DNA of 32,000 nt from Cereibacter sphaeroides 2.4.1 (GCF_000012905.2 NC_007493.2:330001-362000); one strand, 5' to 3'. Numbered from the stretch's first letter, positions 7,804 through 16,888 are shown. The notes: a model not told the origin generated them from the letters alone. Translations and numbers: made by a program.

Positions 7804-8562
7804 GTGACCAGCCGCATTCTCTCATACGCGCTGATGGCGCTGCTACCGTTCCTCGCCGCCTGCGCGCAGGCGCCGGCCCCCGAGACGCCGAAGGAGCATC
7901 CGCTCTATCCCGGCATCCAGGATGGCGAGTTCTTCATCGAGCCGGTGCCCACGCGGTATCTGACGCCCGACACGGTGCGGCAGGAGGTGGCCTACAACGG
8001 CCCCGAGAAGCCGGGCACCATCGTCGTCGATACGTTCGCGCGGCGGCTCTATTATGTGACGGAAGAGGGCCGCGCCATGCGCTATGCCATCGCCGTCGGC
8101 CGGGCGGGCCTCGCCTTCCGCGGCAATGCCAAGGTGCAGCGCAAGCGCGAGTGGCCCTCATGGCAGCCCACGGCCAACATGATCCGCACCCAGCCCGAGA
8201 TGTATGCGCCCTATGCGGCGGGCCTGCCCGGCGGGCTCCAGAACCCGCTCGGCGCGCGGGCGCTCTATCTCTACCGCGGCGGGCGGGACACGATGTTCCG
8301 CATTCATGGCACAGTGCAGAATGCCTCCATCGGGCACGCCACCTCGGCGGGCTGCATCCGGCTGTTCAACCAGGATGCGATCGACCTCTACGGTCGCGTG
8401 AACCTCGGCACCCCGGTCAAGGTCCGCACCGAGGCGGAGTCGCTCGCGCTCGAGGGGCAGTTCCACGACGACCGCTACGGCCGCATCGCGCCGGGCCCGG
8501 CCGAGCCGCTGACCGAGGAGGAGCGCATCCTTCTGTCGGGCGTGCCGGCCCAGACGCGCTGA
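7804..8562 (+). CDS. L,D-transpeptidase (YkuD domain) lipoprotein
   Basis: Track ORF 7753-8562 begins with GTG. The in-frame GTG 7804 gives MTSRILSYALMALLPFLAAC, a textbook lipoprotein signal with lipobox LAAC, so I prefer it (7753 remains possible). Catalytic YkuD motif RIHGT...GHATSAGCIRLFNQD. Confidence 0.8.
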   Translation: MTSRILSYALMALLPFLAACAQAPAPETPKEHPLYPGIQDGEFFIEPVPTRYLTPDTVRQEVAYNGPEKPGTIVVDTFARRLYYVTEEGRAMRYAIAVGRAGLAFRGNAKVQRKREWPSWQPTANMIRTQPEMYAPYAAGLPGGLQNPLGARALYLYRGGRDTMFRIHGTVQNASIGHATSAGCIRLFNQDAIDLYGRVNLGTPVKVRTEAESLALEGQFHDDRYGRIAPGPAEPLTEEERILLSGVPAQTR

Positions 8563-8607
8563 GGCGCCGCTGCCGCGCGCGCCGGGCAGCCGGTGCGCGC
8601 AGACAGG

Positions 8608-8949
8608 TCAGAGACGGATGACGTAATCCTTGACCGTCGTCTCGATCACTTCCCAGGTGCCCTCGAAGCCGGGCCGGATGATCCAGCTGTCGCCCGCCCG
8701 CAGCGTCACCGCCTCGCCCGCGGCCGAGGTCAGGATCGAGTGTCCCTCGAGGATGCGGATATATTCCCATTCCTCGTAGCGCACGCGCCACTTGCCCGGC
8801 GTCGATTGCCAGATGCCGCAGAAGAGGCCGTCGCGCTCCTCGAGGTTCCAGGTCGTATGGACCGGATCGCCCGCGATCAGCCGGTCGGGGGCGGGGCGCT
8901 CGATCTCGGGGGCAACGGCCTCGCGGCTCAGGCGGATCAGGTGGCTCAT
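8608..8949 (-). CDS. Small cupin-fold protein (DUF861/cupin_3-like)
   Basis: 113-aa product from ATG 8949 ([12 protein letters not shown]...), preceded by GAGGAGAGAG. The track ORF extends to 9021 without an SD. Beta-barrel-type sequence [50 protein letters not shown]. Confidence 0.7.
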   Translation of the reverse strand: MSHLIRLSREAVAPEIERPAPDRLIAGDPVHTTWNLEERDGLFCGIWQSTPGKWRVRYEEWEYIRILEGHSILTSAAGEAVTLRAGDSWIIRPGFEGTWEVIETTVKDYVIRL

Positions 8950-9113
8950 GTCTCTCTCCTCGGGGGCAGGGGGCCAGCATCGGGGCCCCCGCAGAACAGT
9001 CAAGAGGAAGCGGCCGGGCAAGAAGCCACGTCCGCACGGACACTTGCCTTCTGGTCCTTCGCGCCGTTGGCCTTTATACCCGGTTCCGACGGTTCCTCTG
9101 GGGGAGAGCAGCT

Positions 9114-9947
9114 ATGAGCGTGAACAGTCCCGTCCGCCCGGTCATGGCGGCCGACATCCTGGCGCGGAAGGGGGGCGAGCCCATCGTCTGCCTGACCGCC
9201 TACACCACGCCCATGGCGCGGCTGGTGGATGCGCACTGCGACCTCACGCTGGTGGGCGACAGCCTCGGCATGGTGGTTCACGGCCTGCCCACCACGCTCG
9301 GCGTGACCATGGAGATGATGATCCTGCACGGGCAGGCGGTGGCGCGCGGCACCTCGCGCTCGATGCTGGTGGTCGACATGCCCTTCGGCAGCTACGAGGA
9401 GAGCCCCGCGCAGGCCTTCGCCAATGCGCGCCGCCTGATGGCCGAGACGGGCTGCGCCGCGGTGAAGCTCGAGGGCGGCCAGCACATGGCCGAAACGATC
9501 CGCTTCCTCGTCGCGCGCGGCGTGCCGGTCATGGCCCATATCGGGCTCACGCCGCAGGCGGTGAATGCGCTCGGCGGCTACAAGGTGCAGGGCCGCGGCG
9601 CCGATGCCGAGCGGGTGATGGAGGATGCCATCGCCGTGGCCGAGGCCGGGGCCTTCTCGGTCGTGCTCGAGAAGGTGCCGGACGGACTGTCGCAGCGCAT
9701 CACCCAGCGCATCGCGATCCCCACCATCGGCATCGGGGCCTCGGCCCACTGCGATGGGCAGGTGCTGGTGCTCGACGACATGCTGGGGCTCTTCGCCGAC
9801 TTCCGGCCGAAGTTCGTCAAGCGGTACGGCGAGCTCGGCGCCTCCGCCGACGAGGCCATCGCCACTTATGCGGCCGAGGTCCGGGCCCGGCGCTTCCCCG
9901 CACCCGAACATGTCTTCGCCGACGAGCTGAAGGGAAAGGCGCAGTGA
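9114..9947 (+). CDS. panB: 3-methyl-2-oxobutanoate hydroxymethyltransferase
   Basis: 277 aa. [13 protein letters not shown]...[11 protein letters not shown]...VVDMPFGSY...VKLEGG...HIGLTPQ are typical KPHMT motifs. GGGGAGAG SD. The stop overlaps the panC start (TGATG). Confidence 0.93.
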   Translation: MSVNSPVRPVMAADILARKGGEPIVCLTAYTTPMARLVDAHCDLTLVGDSLGMVVHGLPTTLGVTMEMMILHGQAVARGTSRSMLVVDMPFGSYEESPAQAFANARRLMAETGCAAVKLEGGQHMAETIRFLVARGVPVMAHIGLTPQAVNALGGYKVQGRGADAERVMEDAIAVAEAGAFSVVLEKVPDGLSQRITQRIAIPTIGIGASAHCDGQVLVLDDMLGLFADFRPKFVKRYGELGASADEAIATYAAEVRARRFPAPEHVFADELKGKAQ

Positions 9948-10786
9948 TGCCTCCGGTCCTTCGGACGGTGGCCGAGCTGCGCGCCCGGGTCTCGGACTGG
10001 AAGGCCGCGGGCGAGACGGTGGGGGTCGTTCCCACCATGGGCGCGCTGCACGAGGGGCATTTGAGCCTCGCCCGCCGCGCCCGGGCCGCCTGCGACCGCG
10101 TGATCGTCACGATCTTCGTGAACCCCAGGCAATTCAACAATCCCGCGGATCTTGAGAAATATCCCCGGACAGAGGCGCAGGACGCGGCGCTTCTGGCCTC
10201 CGTGGGGGTCGATGCGGTCTTCGCGCCCGGACCGGAGGAGGTCTATCCGCGGGGCTTCGCCACCAATGTCTCGGTCTCGGGCGTGAGCGAGCCGCTCGAA
10301 GGCGCGCACCGGCCGGGTCATTTCGACGGGGTGGCGACGGTGGTCGCGAAGCTCTTCGGCATGACGCGGGCGGATCGCGCCTTCTTCGGCGAGAAGGACT
10401 GGCAGCAGCTGATGGTCGTGCAGCGGCTGGTGGCGGATCTGAACATTCCCGTCACGATCGAGGGCTGCGCCACCGTGCGCGAGGCCGACGGGCTGGCGCT
10501 CTCGTCCCGCAACCGGCGCCTGTCGGTCGAGGGGCGGGCCCGGGCACCGGCGCTGGTGCGTGCGATGCAGGCTGCCGCCGAAGCGATGCGCGGGGGCCGG
10601 GCCATCCCCGAGGCGCTTGCCGAGGCCCGCGCGGCGGTGCTGGCCGCGGGCTTCGAGACGGTGGATTATCTCGAGCTGCGCACGGCCGACCTTCTCCTGC
10701 CGATGGAGCGGCTTCAGGGCGAGGGCCGGCTCCTCGCTGCGGCGACCCTCGATGGCGTGCGGCTGATCGACAATATTCCCGTCTGA
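9947..10786 (+). CDS. panC: Pantoate--beta-alanine ligase
   Basis: In-frame ATG 9947 within track ORF 8792-10786, overlapping the panB stop codon by 1 nt (TGATG). [14 protein letters not shown] (HxGH motif), [23 protein letters not shown]. Confidence 0.93.
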   Translation: MPPVLRTVAELRARVSDWKAAGETVGVVPTMGALHEGHLSLARRARAACDRVIVTIFVNPRQFNNPADLEKYPRTEAQDAALLASVGVDAVFAPGPEEVYPRGFATNVSVSGVSEPLEGAHRPGHFDGVATVVAKLFGMTRADRAFFGEKDWQQLMVVQRLVADLNIPVTIEGCATVREADGLALSSRNRRLSVEGRARAPALVRAMQAAAEAMRGGRAIPEALAEARAAVLAAGFETVDYLELRTADLLLPMERLQGEGRLLAAATLDGVRLIDNIPV

Positions 10787-10884
10787 GACCCTGTCGGGCG
10801 GCCGACGCATCTAGGGATCTCGCCCCCGGCAGCCGCTTCCAACGCGCTTTCTCTGGCCGCCGGGCTCATTGCCGCCCCCGCCCG

Positions 10885-12204
10885 TCACTCGGGGGCGAGC
10901 AGATCCGCCAGCACCAGCGCCATGACCTTCGCGCTGTCGACCATGTCCGCGATGCCCACCCATTCGTCCGGCTGGTGCGCCAGATGCAGCAGCCCCGGCC
11001 CATAGGCGATGCAGTTCTTCAGCTTGCCGATCCGGTCGATGTGCTTCTGATCGTAGGTGCCGGGCGAGACCACATATTCCGCCTGCCGCGCCAGAACGCG
11101 CTCGATGGCGGCGGCGGTCGAGCGCACCACCGGCGCGTCGCGGTCGGTGAGGGTGGGGCGCACCTCGAACAGGTCGCGGATCTCGAAGGCGAAGCCCGGC
11201 CGCGCCTCGGCCAGCCGCTCGGCCAGGGCGCGCAGCTCGGCCTTCACCTCGTCCAGATCCTCCTCGATCAGGAAGCGGCGGTCGATCACGATGCGGCAGC
11301 GGTCGGCCACGCAGGGCGCGGGCAGGCCGGTGTAGCCCGGCTCGGGCTCGGGCTCGCCGCCGTGGATCGAATTGATGTTGAGCGTGGATTGCCGCGCCCC
11401 CTCGGGCGTCACCGGCATGGCGGTGGTGCGAGTGGCCAAAAGCGGATAGAGCCGCTCCTCGATCTCGGCCAGAAGCGCGCCCATGTGCCGGATCGCGCTG
11501 TCGCCGAGGAAGGGCATCGAGCCATGGGCGATGCGCCCCTGCGTCTCGACCTCGGCCCACCAGACGCCGCGATGGCCGAGGCAGATCCGGTCCTTGTGCA
11601 AGGGTTCGGGGATCAGCACATGCTGGACATGGGCGAAACGGCCCTGCCGGGCCAGATAGGCCACGCCGCCGAAGCCGCCCGACTCCTCGTCGGCGGTGGC
11701 CGAGATCTCGATGCTGCCGGCGAAATCCGGGCAGACGGCAAGGAAGGCCTCGGCCGCGATCACCGAGGCCGCGAGACCGCCCTTCATGTCGCAGGCGCCG
11801 CGTCCGTAGAGCCGGTCGCCCTCGACCTCGGCCCCGAACGGGTCGCGCGTCCAGCCGTGGCCCACCTCGACCACGTCGTGATGCGAGTTGAAATGCACGC
11901 AGTCGCCGTCCCGCGCGCCCTGCCGCCGGGCGATCAGGTTCCAGCGCGGATAGGTCTCGGAATCGCCGGGCGCGCCGTGGGCCCGCACCAGCTCGACCTC
12001 GAACTGCGGCGCGAGACGGGCCGCCAGCATGTCGCAGAGCGCGCGGTAGTTCCGCCCCGGCGGGTTCAGTGTGGGAATGCGCACGAGATCCTGCGTCAGC
12101 GCCACCAGATCGGCGCGGCGGGCCTCGACTTCGGCGATGAGGCGGCGGTCATCCATCCCGCCAGACTGCCCCGACCGGCCCCCCGAGGGCAACAGCGCGG
12201 CCAT
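10885..12204 (-). CDS. M20-family metallohydrolase, ArgE/DapE-type deacylase
   Basis: 439-aa ORF. An alternative start at ATG 12156 (MDDRRLIAEVE...) is equally plausible. Motifs: LVRIPTLNPPG, HFNSHHDVV, GRGACDMKGGLA, ADEESGG, and the C-terminal GPG...AHQPDEWV typical of acetylornithine deacetylase/succinyl-DAP desuccinylase relatives. Confidence 0.8.
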   Translation of the reverse strand: MAALLPSGGRSGQSGGMDDRRLIAEVEARRADLVALTQDLVRIPTLNPPGRNYRALCDMLAARLAPQFEVELVRAHGAPGDSETYPRWNLIARRQGARDGDCVHFNSHHDVVEVGHGWTRDPFGAEVEGDRLYGRGACDMKGGLAASVIAAEAFLAVCPDFAGSIEISATADEESGGFGGVAYLARQGRFAHVQHVLIPEPLHKDRICLGHRGVWWAEVETQGRIAHGSMPFLGDSAIRHMGALLAEIEERLYPLLATRTTAMPVTPEGARQSTLNINSIHGGEPEPEPGYTGLPAPCVADRCRIVIDRRFLIEEDLDEVKAELRALAERLAEARPGFAFEIRDLFEVRPTLTDRDAPVVRSTAAAIERVLARQAEYVVSPGTYDQKHIDRIGKLKNCIAYGPGLLHLAHQPDEWVGIADMVDSAKVMALVLADLLAPE

Positions 12205-12287
12205 GTGCCCGATACCGCGACTTTGCGTCCTGCGCTACAACGGCGCAACGGTCCGCCGGGGCCGCCAACGGAAGGGAGACGGCAAGA

Positions 12288-12557
12288 ATGATCCTCGGAT
12301 TTCTGAAACTTGCGCTGGTGGGCTTCGTACTGCTCACGATCCTCTATGTGCTCATCCGGATCTACGCCCGGTCCCTCCGCCGCGAGGCGCTGGAGAACGA
12401 ATATGACGAGGGCCATGGCGACGGCCCGCGCGAAGCCTATATCGAAGCTGGCATGAGGGACTACGAGCACAGCCTGCGCAAGAAGCTGATCCTGCTCGTC
12501 TACATCGTGCCGGCCATCATCTTTGCGGCCGTGTTCTGGACCTTGAATAACCCGTGA
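12288..12557 (+). CDS. Small two-TM membrane protein, unknown function
   Basis: 89 aa, ATG preceded by GGGAG. It has two hydrophobic helices (ILGFLKLALVGFVLLTILYVLI and LILLVYIVPAIIFAAVFW) flanking a charged loop. GC3-rich codons. It lies 7 nt upstream of the next gene. Confidence 0.6.
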   Translation: MILGFLKLALVGFVLLTILYVLIRIYARSLRREALENEYDEGHGDGPREAYIEAGMRDYEHSLRKKLILLVYIVPAIIFAAVFWTLNNP

Positions 12558-12564
12558 GGTAGTT

Positions 12565-13221
12565 ATGCGTTATCTGAAGTGGACGGTTCCAGCGGTTGCG
12601 GCGCTTCTGGTGATTTCCTTCCTGCACTACACCCTGCCCCGTCATGACGTGGTGCGGATCGTGGGCACCAACACGCAGCGGATGGATCTGGGCGAGAACG
12701 CCTTCTTCTTCGCGTCGCCCGATGCGGGGACCAACACCGCCACGGCGGGCAACCGCGATATCAAGTTCATCAACGCCGTGCGTCCGAACGGCAAGACAAT
12801 CGTCTATCGCAACGAGGATACCGGCTGGGGCTGGCCGCCTTACTTCAAGGTGAACAGCTTCGACATTCAGGCGAAGGCGACCGACCTCACCTCGACCGAG
12901 GCCGAGCCGAAATGGGTGGTGGTCACGCGCTACGGCTGGCGCAACCAGCTTTTCACCACTTTCCCGAACGCGGTGAAGCTGCGCGAGGTCGCAAGCCCCG
13001 AGGTCACCGTGATCCCGTGGTTCAACATCTTCTTCTTCGTGGCGCTGGGCGGGCTTGCCATCCTTGCCCGCGGCATGTGGATGCAGTTCCGCGAGCGCAC
13101 TATCGACCCGGCGCTCGAGGACATGGGCGATGCCTGGGACCGCGAGTCGGGCCTGGCCCGCAAGCGCACCCGCACCAATGTGGGCCGCTTCAAGGCCTGG
13201 ATGCGCTCGCTGCGGAGCTGA
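12565..13221 (+). CDS. DUF1523-like membrane-anchored protein, unknown function
   Basis: 218 aa, GAGG SD within the preceding stop region. N-terminal TM (VPAVAALLVISFL), then a soluble region, then a second TM (VIPWFNIFFFVALGGLAILA). The DUF1523 family assignment is from memory. Confidence 0.65.
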   Translation: MRYLKWTVPAVAALLVISFLHYTLPRHDVVRIVGTNTQRMDLGENAFFFASPDAGTNTATAGNRDIKFINAVRPNGKTIVYRNEDTGWGWPPYFKVNSFDIQAKATDLTSTEAEPKWVVVTRYGWRNQLFTTFPNAVKLREVASPEVTVIPWFNIFFFVALGGLAILARGMWMQFRERTIDPALEDMGDAWDRESGLARKRTRTNVGRFKAWMRSLRS

Positions 13222-13282
13222 GAGCGGCAGCAGCACGGTCTCCTCGCCCCGGTTGTTCCCGCCGGGCGGACCCGAAAGGAAA

Positions 13283-13312
13283 GGCGCCGGAGTCCCCGCG
13301 GACTCCGGCGCC
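13283..13312 (-). terminator. Strong hairpin terminator between convergent DUF1523 gene and pheT
   Basis: GGCGCCGGAGTCC (13283-13295) ccgc GGACTCCGGCGCC (13300-13312), a perfect 13-bp stem. On the minus strand it is followed by TTTCCTTTCGGG (pheT terminator). On the plus strand it is followed by TTCGTCTG, so it is probably bidirectional. Confidence 0.75.
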
Positions 13313-13331
13313 TTCGTCTGCGGAGGGGGCT

Positions 13332-15749
13332 TCAGCCGCGGAGTGTGGCTCCGGTCGCCTTCGCCACCTTCTCGACGATCTTCGCCGAGACGGCCTCGAT
13401 GTCCTTGTCGGTCAGCGTCCTGTCGGTCGGCTGCAGCCGCACCGTCAGCGCGAGCGACTTCTTGCCCGCCCCCATCTGCGCCTCGGCCTTGTCGCCCGAG
13501 AACTGGTCGAAGACCCGCACGCTCTCGATCAGCGCCTTGTCCGCGCCCTGAGCTGCATTCACCAGCGTCAGCGCCTCGACCGAGGCATCCACCACGAAGG
13601 CGAAGTCGCGCTCGACCGCCTGCAGATCCGACAGTTTCAGCGCGGGCCGGGTGGGCGTCTTGACCTTCGGCAGCGGCACATTGGCCACGAGGATCGTGAA
13701 GGCCACCGCAGGCCCCTTCACATCCATCTCGCGCAGGATCTTCGGATGAACCTCGCCGAAGGTCGCGAGCAGGTTCGGCCCGAGGCCCACGGCGCCCGAG
13801 CGGCCGGGATGCCACCAGCCCGGCACCTTGCGGCTGATCTGCATCTTCGCCGGAGCGCCGACGGCCGCCAGCACCGCCTCGGCATCGGCCTTGGCGTCAT
13901 AGACATCGACCGGGCGGCGCGAGCCGAACGGGTCCCGCGGCGCCGACGCGCCGACGAGAAGGCCCGTCGCCTGCAGCTGCTGCTCGCCCGGTTCGCCGCC
14001 CGCGAAGACCGGCCCGATCTCGCAGAGCGCCATGTCGGCGAAGCCGCGCGCCTGATTGCGGGCCGCCGCGCGCAGCAGGCCCGGCAGCAGGTCGGGGCGC
14101 AGGTGGGTCATCTCGGAGGAGATCGGGTTCTCGACCCGCACCGCCTCGGAGCCGCCGCCGAAGAGCTTCGCCGCCGCTTCGTCGATGAAGCTGTAGGTCA
14201 CGCATTCATTGTAGCCGAGCGCCGCCAGCGTCCGCCGCGCCGCCTGCTCGCGCACCTGCAGGGGCGTCAGGATCGGCTTCGGCACGCCCGCCTGCGCGCG
14301 GGGCAGGGGCTTGCCCTGAAGCTTCGTCAGCGAGGCGACCCGGGCGATCTCTTCCACCAGATCCGCTTCGCCCTGCACGTCCGGCCGCCAGGAGGGCGGC
14401 GCGGCCAGCTCGCCCTCGAGCGTGAAGCCGAGCGCCTCGAGCGTGGTGCGCTGTTCGGCCTCGGGGATCTCCATGCCGACGAGGCTCACCACGCGCTTCG
14501 GATCGAAGCGGTAGGCGCGGGACGTGTCCGGCACCGCGCCGTCCATCACCACCTCCGAGGCTTCGCCGCCGCAGAGATCGAGGATCATCCGGGTGGCCAG
14601 CTCCAGCCCCGGCAGGGTGAAGGCCGGATCCACGCCGCGCTCGAAACGGTAACGCGCGTCCGAGACGATCTTCAGTGCGCGCCCCGTGGCGGCAATGGTG
14701 ATCGGATCCCAGTAGGCGCTCTCGAGGAAGACGTCGGTCGTCTCCTCGGTGCAGCCCGAGAGTTCACCACCCATGATGCCCGCGAGCGACTCCGGCTGGG
14801 CATCGTCCGAGATCAGCATCTGGCCCGGCCGCAGCTTGTAGGTCTTGCCGTCGAGGGCCAGCAGCTCCTCGCCGCCCTCTGCGGCATGGATGCGCAGGCC
14901 GCCCGTGATCTTGGCCACATCGAAGACATGGAGCGGCCGGTTCAGCCCGATGGTGAAATAGTTGGTGATATCCACCAGCGCCGAGATCGGCCGCAGCCCC
15001 ACGCTGCGCAGGCGCGCCTGCAGCCAGTCGGGCGAGGGGCCGTTCTTCACGCCGCGGATGGTGCGACCGGCGAAGAGCGGGCAGCCCTTCTCCTTCAGCG
15101 CCGCCTCGATCGTCACCGAGACCGGCGAGGGGAAGAGGCCCGGCACCGGCTCGACGGGCAGGGGTTTCAGCCGGCCGAGGCCGCGGGCGGCCAGATCGCG
15201 CGCAAGGCCGCGCACGCCCAGACCGTCGGGGCGGTTCGGGGTGATCTTCACTTCGATCGTGGGGTCGTTCACGCCCTTGTAGTCGATGAAGCGCATCCCC
15301 ATCGGCGCATCCTCGGGCAGGTCGATGATCCCGTCGTGATCGTCCGACAGCATCAGCTCGCGCTCCGAGCAGAGCATCCCGTTCGATTCGACGCCGCGGA
15401 TCACGCCGGGCTTGAGGTCGACGCCGGTGCCGGGGACATGGGTGCCCACCGGGGCGAAGACCCCCACGAGGCCGGTGCGGGCGTTGGGCGCGCCGCAGAC
15501 CACCTGCACCTCCTCGGAGGGCGCGTCGGGGCCGTTGGGCCAGGTCGCCACGCGGCAGAGCCGCAGCCGGTCCGCATTCGGATGCGGCTGGGCCTCGATC
15601 ACGCGGCAGATGCGGAAGGCGCCCAGCACCTTGACCGGATCCTCCACCCCCTCGACCTCATGGCCGAGGTCGGTCAGCGCGGTCACGATCTCGTCGAGCG
15701 GGGCCTCGGTCTCGAGGTGATCCTTCAGCCAGGACAGGGTGAATTTCAT
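13332..15749 (-). CDS. pheT: Phenylalanine--tRNA ligase beta subunit
   Basis: 805 aa. MKFTLSWLKDHL N-terminus, tRNA-binding (OB), B3/4, B5 and FDX-ACB domain order typical of PheT. Confidence 0.97.
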   Translation of the reverse strand: MKFTLSWLKDHLETEAPLDEIVTALTDLGHEVEGVEDPVKVLGAFRICRVIEAQPHPNADRLRLCRVATWPNGPDAPSEEVQVVCGAPNARTGLVGVFAPVGTHVPGTGVDLKPGVIRGVESNGMLCSERELMLSDDHDGIIDLPEDAPMGMRFIDYKGVNDPTIEVKITPNRPDGLGVRGLARDLAARGLGRLKPLPVEPVPGLFPSPVSVTIEAALKEKGCPLFAGRTIRGVKNGPSPDWLQARLRSVGLRPISALVDITNYFTIGLNRPLHVFDVAKITGGLRIHAAEGGEELLALDGKTYKLRPGQMLISDDAQPESLAGIMGGELSGCTEETTDVFLESAYWDPITIAATGRALKIVSDARYRFERGVDPAFTLPGLELATRMILDLCGGEASEVVMDGAVPDTSRAYRFDPKRVVSLVGMEIPEAEQRTTLEALGFTLEGELAAPPSWRPDVQGEADLVEEIARVASLTKLQGKPLPRAQAGVPKPILTPLQVREQAARRTLAALGYNECVTYSFIDEAAAKLFGGGSEAVRVENPISSEMTHLRPDLLPGLLRAAARNQARGFADMALCEIGPVFAGGEPGEQQLQATGLLVGASAPRDPFGSRRPVDVYDAKADAEAVLAAVGAPAKMQISRKVPGWWHPGRSGAVGLGPNLLATFGEVHPKILREMDVKGPAVAFTILVANVPLPKVKTPTRPALKLSDLQAVERDFAFVVDASVEALTLVNAAQGADKALIESVRVFDQFSGDKAEAQMGAGKKSLALTVRLQPTDRTLTDKDIEAVSAKIVEKVAKATGATLRG

Positions 15750-15808
15750 CGGGCGCCCCTCGGAATTGTTGCGGTTCGGGCCTTAGCGCAAACGGGCGGG
15801 AAGGGAAA

Positions 15809-15836
15809 GGCCGCGGCGCCTGCGCGGGCCGCGGCC
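15809..15836 (-). terminator. Hairpin plus T-rich tail upstream of pheT (minus strand)
   Basis: GGCCGCGGC (15809-15817) / GCCGCGGCC (15828-15836), 9-bp stem with a 10-nt loop. On the minus strand it is followed by TTTCCCTTCCCGCCCGTTT. Confidence 0.35.
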
Positions 15837-15874
15837 GTCAACCCTTTCTCCAGCTTTTCGGGCGAGGCTGAGGC

Positions 15875-16096
15875 ATGGACCTCGATCTCATCCCCCGCAC
15901 GGGCCGCCGTCTCTTCCTGCTTCTGCGGCTCTGCCTTCTCGCGGCCCTCATTGCGCCGCTCGGACTGACCCTCGCCGCCTCGGGCGAAGCCGTCCAGATC
16001 ACGCCGCCTCCGCCTCCGGCGGGTGCGGCTACCCCTCGTCCGGTGCGGCCGCGGCCCTGTCCCTGGCGGACGGGGCCCGCGCCCGCGGCGCCCTGA
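15875..16096 (+). CDS. Tentative small exported protein (twin-arginine-like signal, Pro-rich tail)
   Basis: 73-aa ORF, GAGG at 15864-15867. The N-terminus MDLDLIPRTGRRLFLLLRLCLLAALIAPLGLTLAAS has an RRxFL motif plus a hydrophobic core. The first ~45 codons have gene-like GC3 bias and low GC2. The C-terminal half (PPPPPAGAATPRPVRPRP...) looks like typical GC-rich noise, so the call is weak. Confidence 0.3.
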   Translation: MDLDLIPRTGRRLFLLLRLCLLAALIAPLGLTLAASGEAVQITPPPPPAGAATPRPVRPRPCPWRTGPAPAAP

Positions 16097-16109
16097 GGCA
16101 GGGGTGGTG

Positions 16110-16131
16110 CTCCGGGCGCGGACGCCCGGAG
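16110..16131. terminator. GC hairpin between two convergent stop codons
   Basis: CTCCGGGCG (16110-16118) cgga CGCCCGGAG (16123-16131), a perfect 9-bp stem. It sits between stop 16094-16096 (+) and stop 16139-16141 (-). There is no U-tract on either strand. Confidence 0.35.
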
Positions 16132-16138
16132 CCGCGGC

Positions 16139-16855
16139 TCAGAAGCCGAACTTCGGCAGCGACAGGGCGGGCAGGCTCAGCTCGGGCAGCGAGAGGCGCG
16201 GCAGCGTCAGCTCCGGCAGCTGCGCGCGCACCGCGGCCCAGTCGATGTAGGTGGACAGATAGCCCACCGTCAGCATGGCGAGCACCAGCAGCATCATGCG
16301 GAAGCCCTGCGCCGAGAAGCGGAAGGCCAGCTCCTTGCGGTAGAGATCCTCGATCAGCTGGTCCTGCAACCGCCGTGCGGCGGTGGCATCGTCGGTGGCG
16401 TTCGTCAGCACGCGATGCGCCGCGATCTGATCCACCTGCGACAGGCCGAAGCCCAGCCGCAGCACGAAGGGCAGGCAGCAGACGGCGAGCCCGATCAGCA
16501 GCAGCCGCCCCGGTTGCCAGGTGGGGATCGAAAAGGCGAGCATGAGGTCCGCCCCGAGCAGCACGGCCCAGAGGGCCACCAGCGTCGCGCTGCGCACCTC
16601 GACCTTGCGGAGGAAGGACTGCAGCACCTCCTGTGCTTCCGGGCTGCGCTCGGTGACATTGCCGGCCGCATTGGCCTGAAGCTGGCCGTAGAGCTGGAAC
16701 CGCTTCCGCCACATCGGATAGAGCCTTGCGGCCGGATATTCGGGATAGCGGAACTGACGGCGCAGCTCGAGATAATAGACCGCGGCGAAATACCAGACGA
16801 CGAGGGTCGCCGCGATGACGTTCTGGATGGTGACGATGTTGTGCACGCTAACCAT
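16139..16855 (-). CDS. Four-TM membrane protein of unknown function with C-terminal LPxL(S/T) pentapeptide repeats
   Basis: The track ORF starts at a TTG (16873). I prefer ATG 16855 (MVSVHNIV...), 238 aa, 33 nt downstream of the pheS stop with no intervening hairpin. It has four hydrophobic helices and normal GC3-rich codon usage. The C-terminus is LPELT LPRLS LPELS LPALS LPKFGF. Confidence 0.7.
   Translation of the reverse strand: MVSVHNIVTIQNVIAATLVVWYFAAVYYLELRRQFRYPEYPAARLYPMWRKRFQLYGQLQANAAGNVTERSPEAQEVLQSFLRKVEVRSATLVALWAVLLGADLMLAFSIPTWQPGRLLLIGLAVCCLPFVLRLGFGLSQVDQIAAHRVLTNATDDATAARRLQDQLIEDLYRKELAFRFSAQGFRMMLLVLAMLTVGYLSTYIDWAAVRAQLPELTLPRLSLPELSLPALSLPKFGF
16154..16219 (-). repeat. 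15-nt tandem repeat (about 4.4 units) inside the 3' end of the membrane-protein gene
   Basis: Minus-strand units: CTGCCGGAGCTGACG / CTGCCGCGCCTCTCG / CTGCCCGAGCTGAGC / CTGCCCGCCCTGTCG / CTGCCG... Each unit starts with CTGCC(G/C) = Leu-Pro. Confidence 0.85.
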
Positions 16856-16888
16856 GACCGGACCCTTTACCAAGATCCGGTCAAGGTA

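Noticed and set aside
15763-15791. TTGCGC-N17-CAATTC on the minus strand as a dedicated pheT promoter.
   Set aside because: The -10 is poor. The implied TSS would leave only about 6-7 nt of leader and cut through the GAGGGG SD. I mention it in the pheS/pheT finding but do not report it as a feature.
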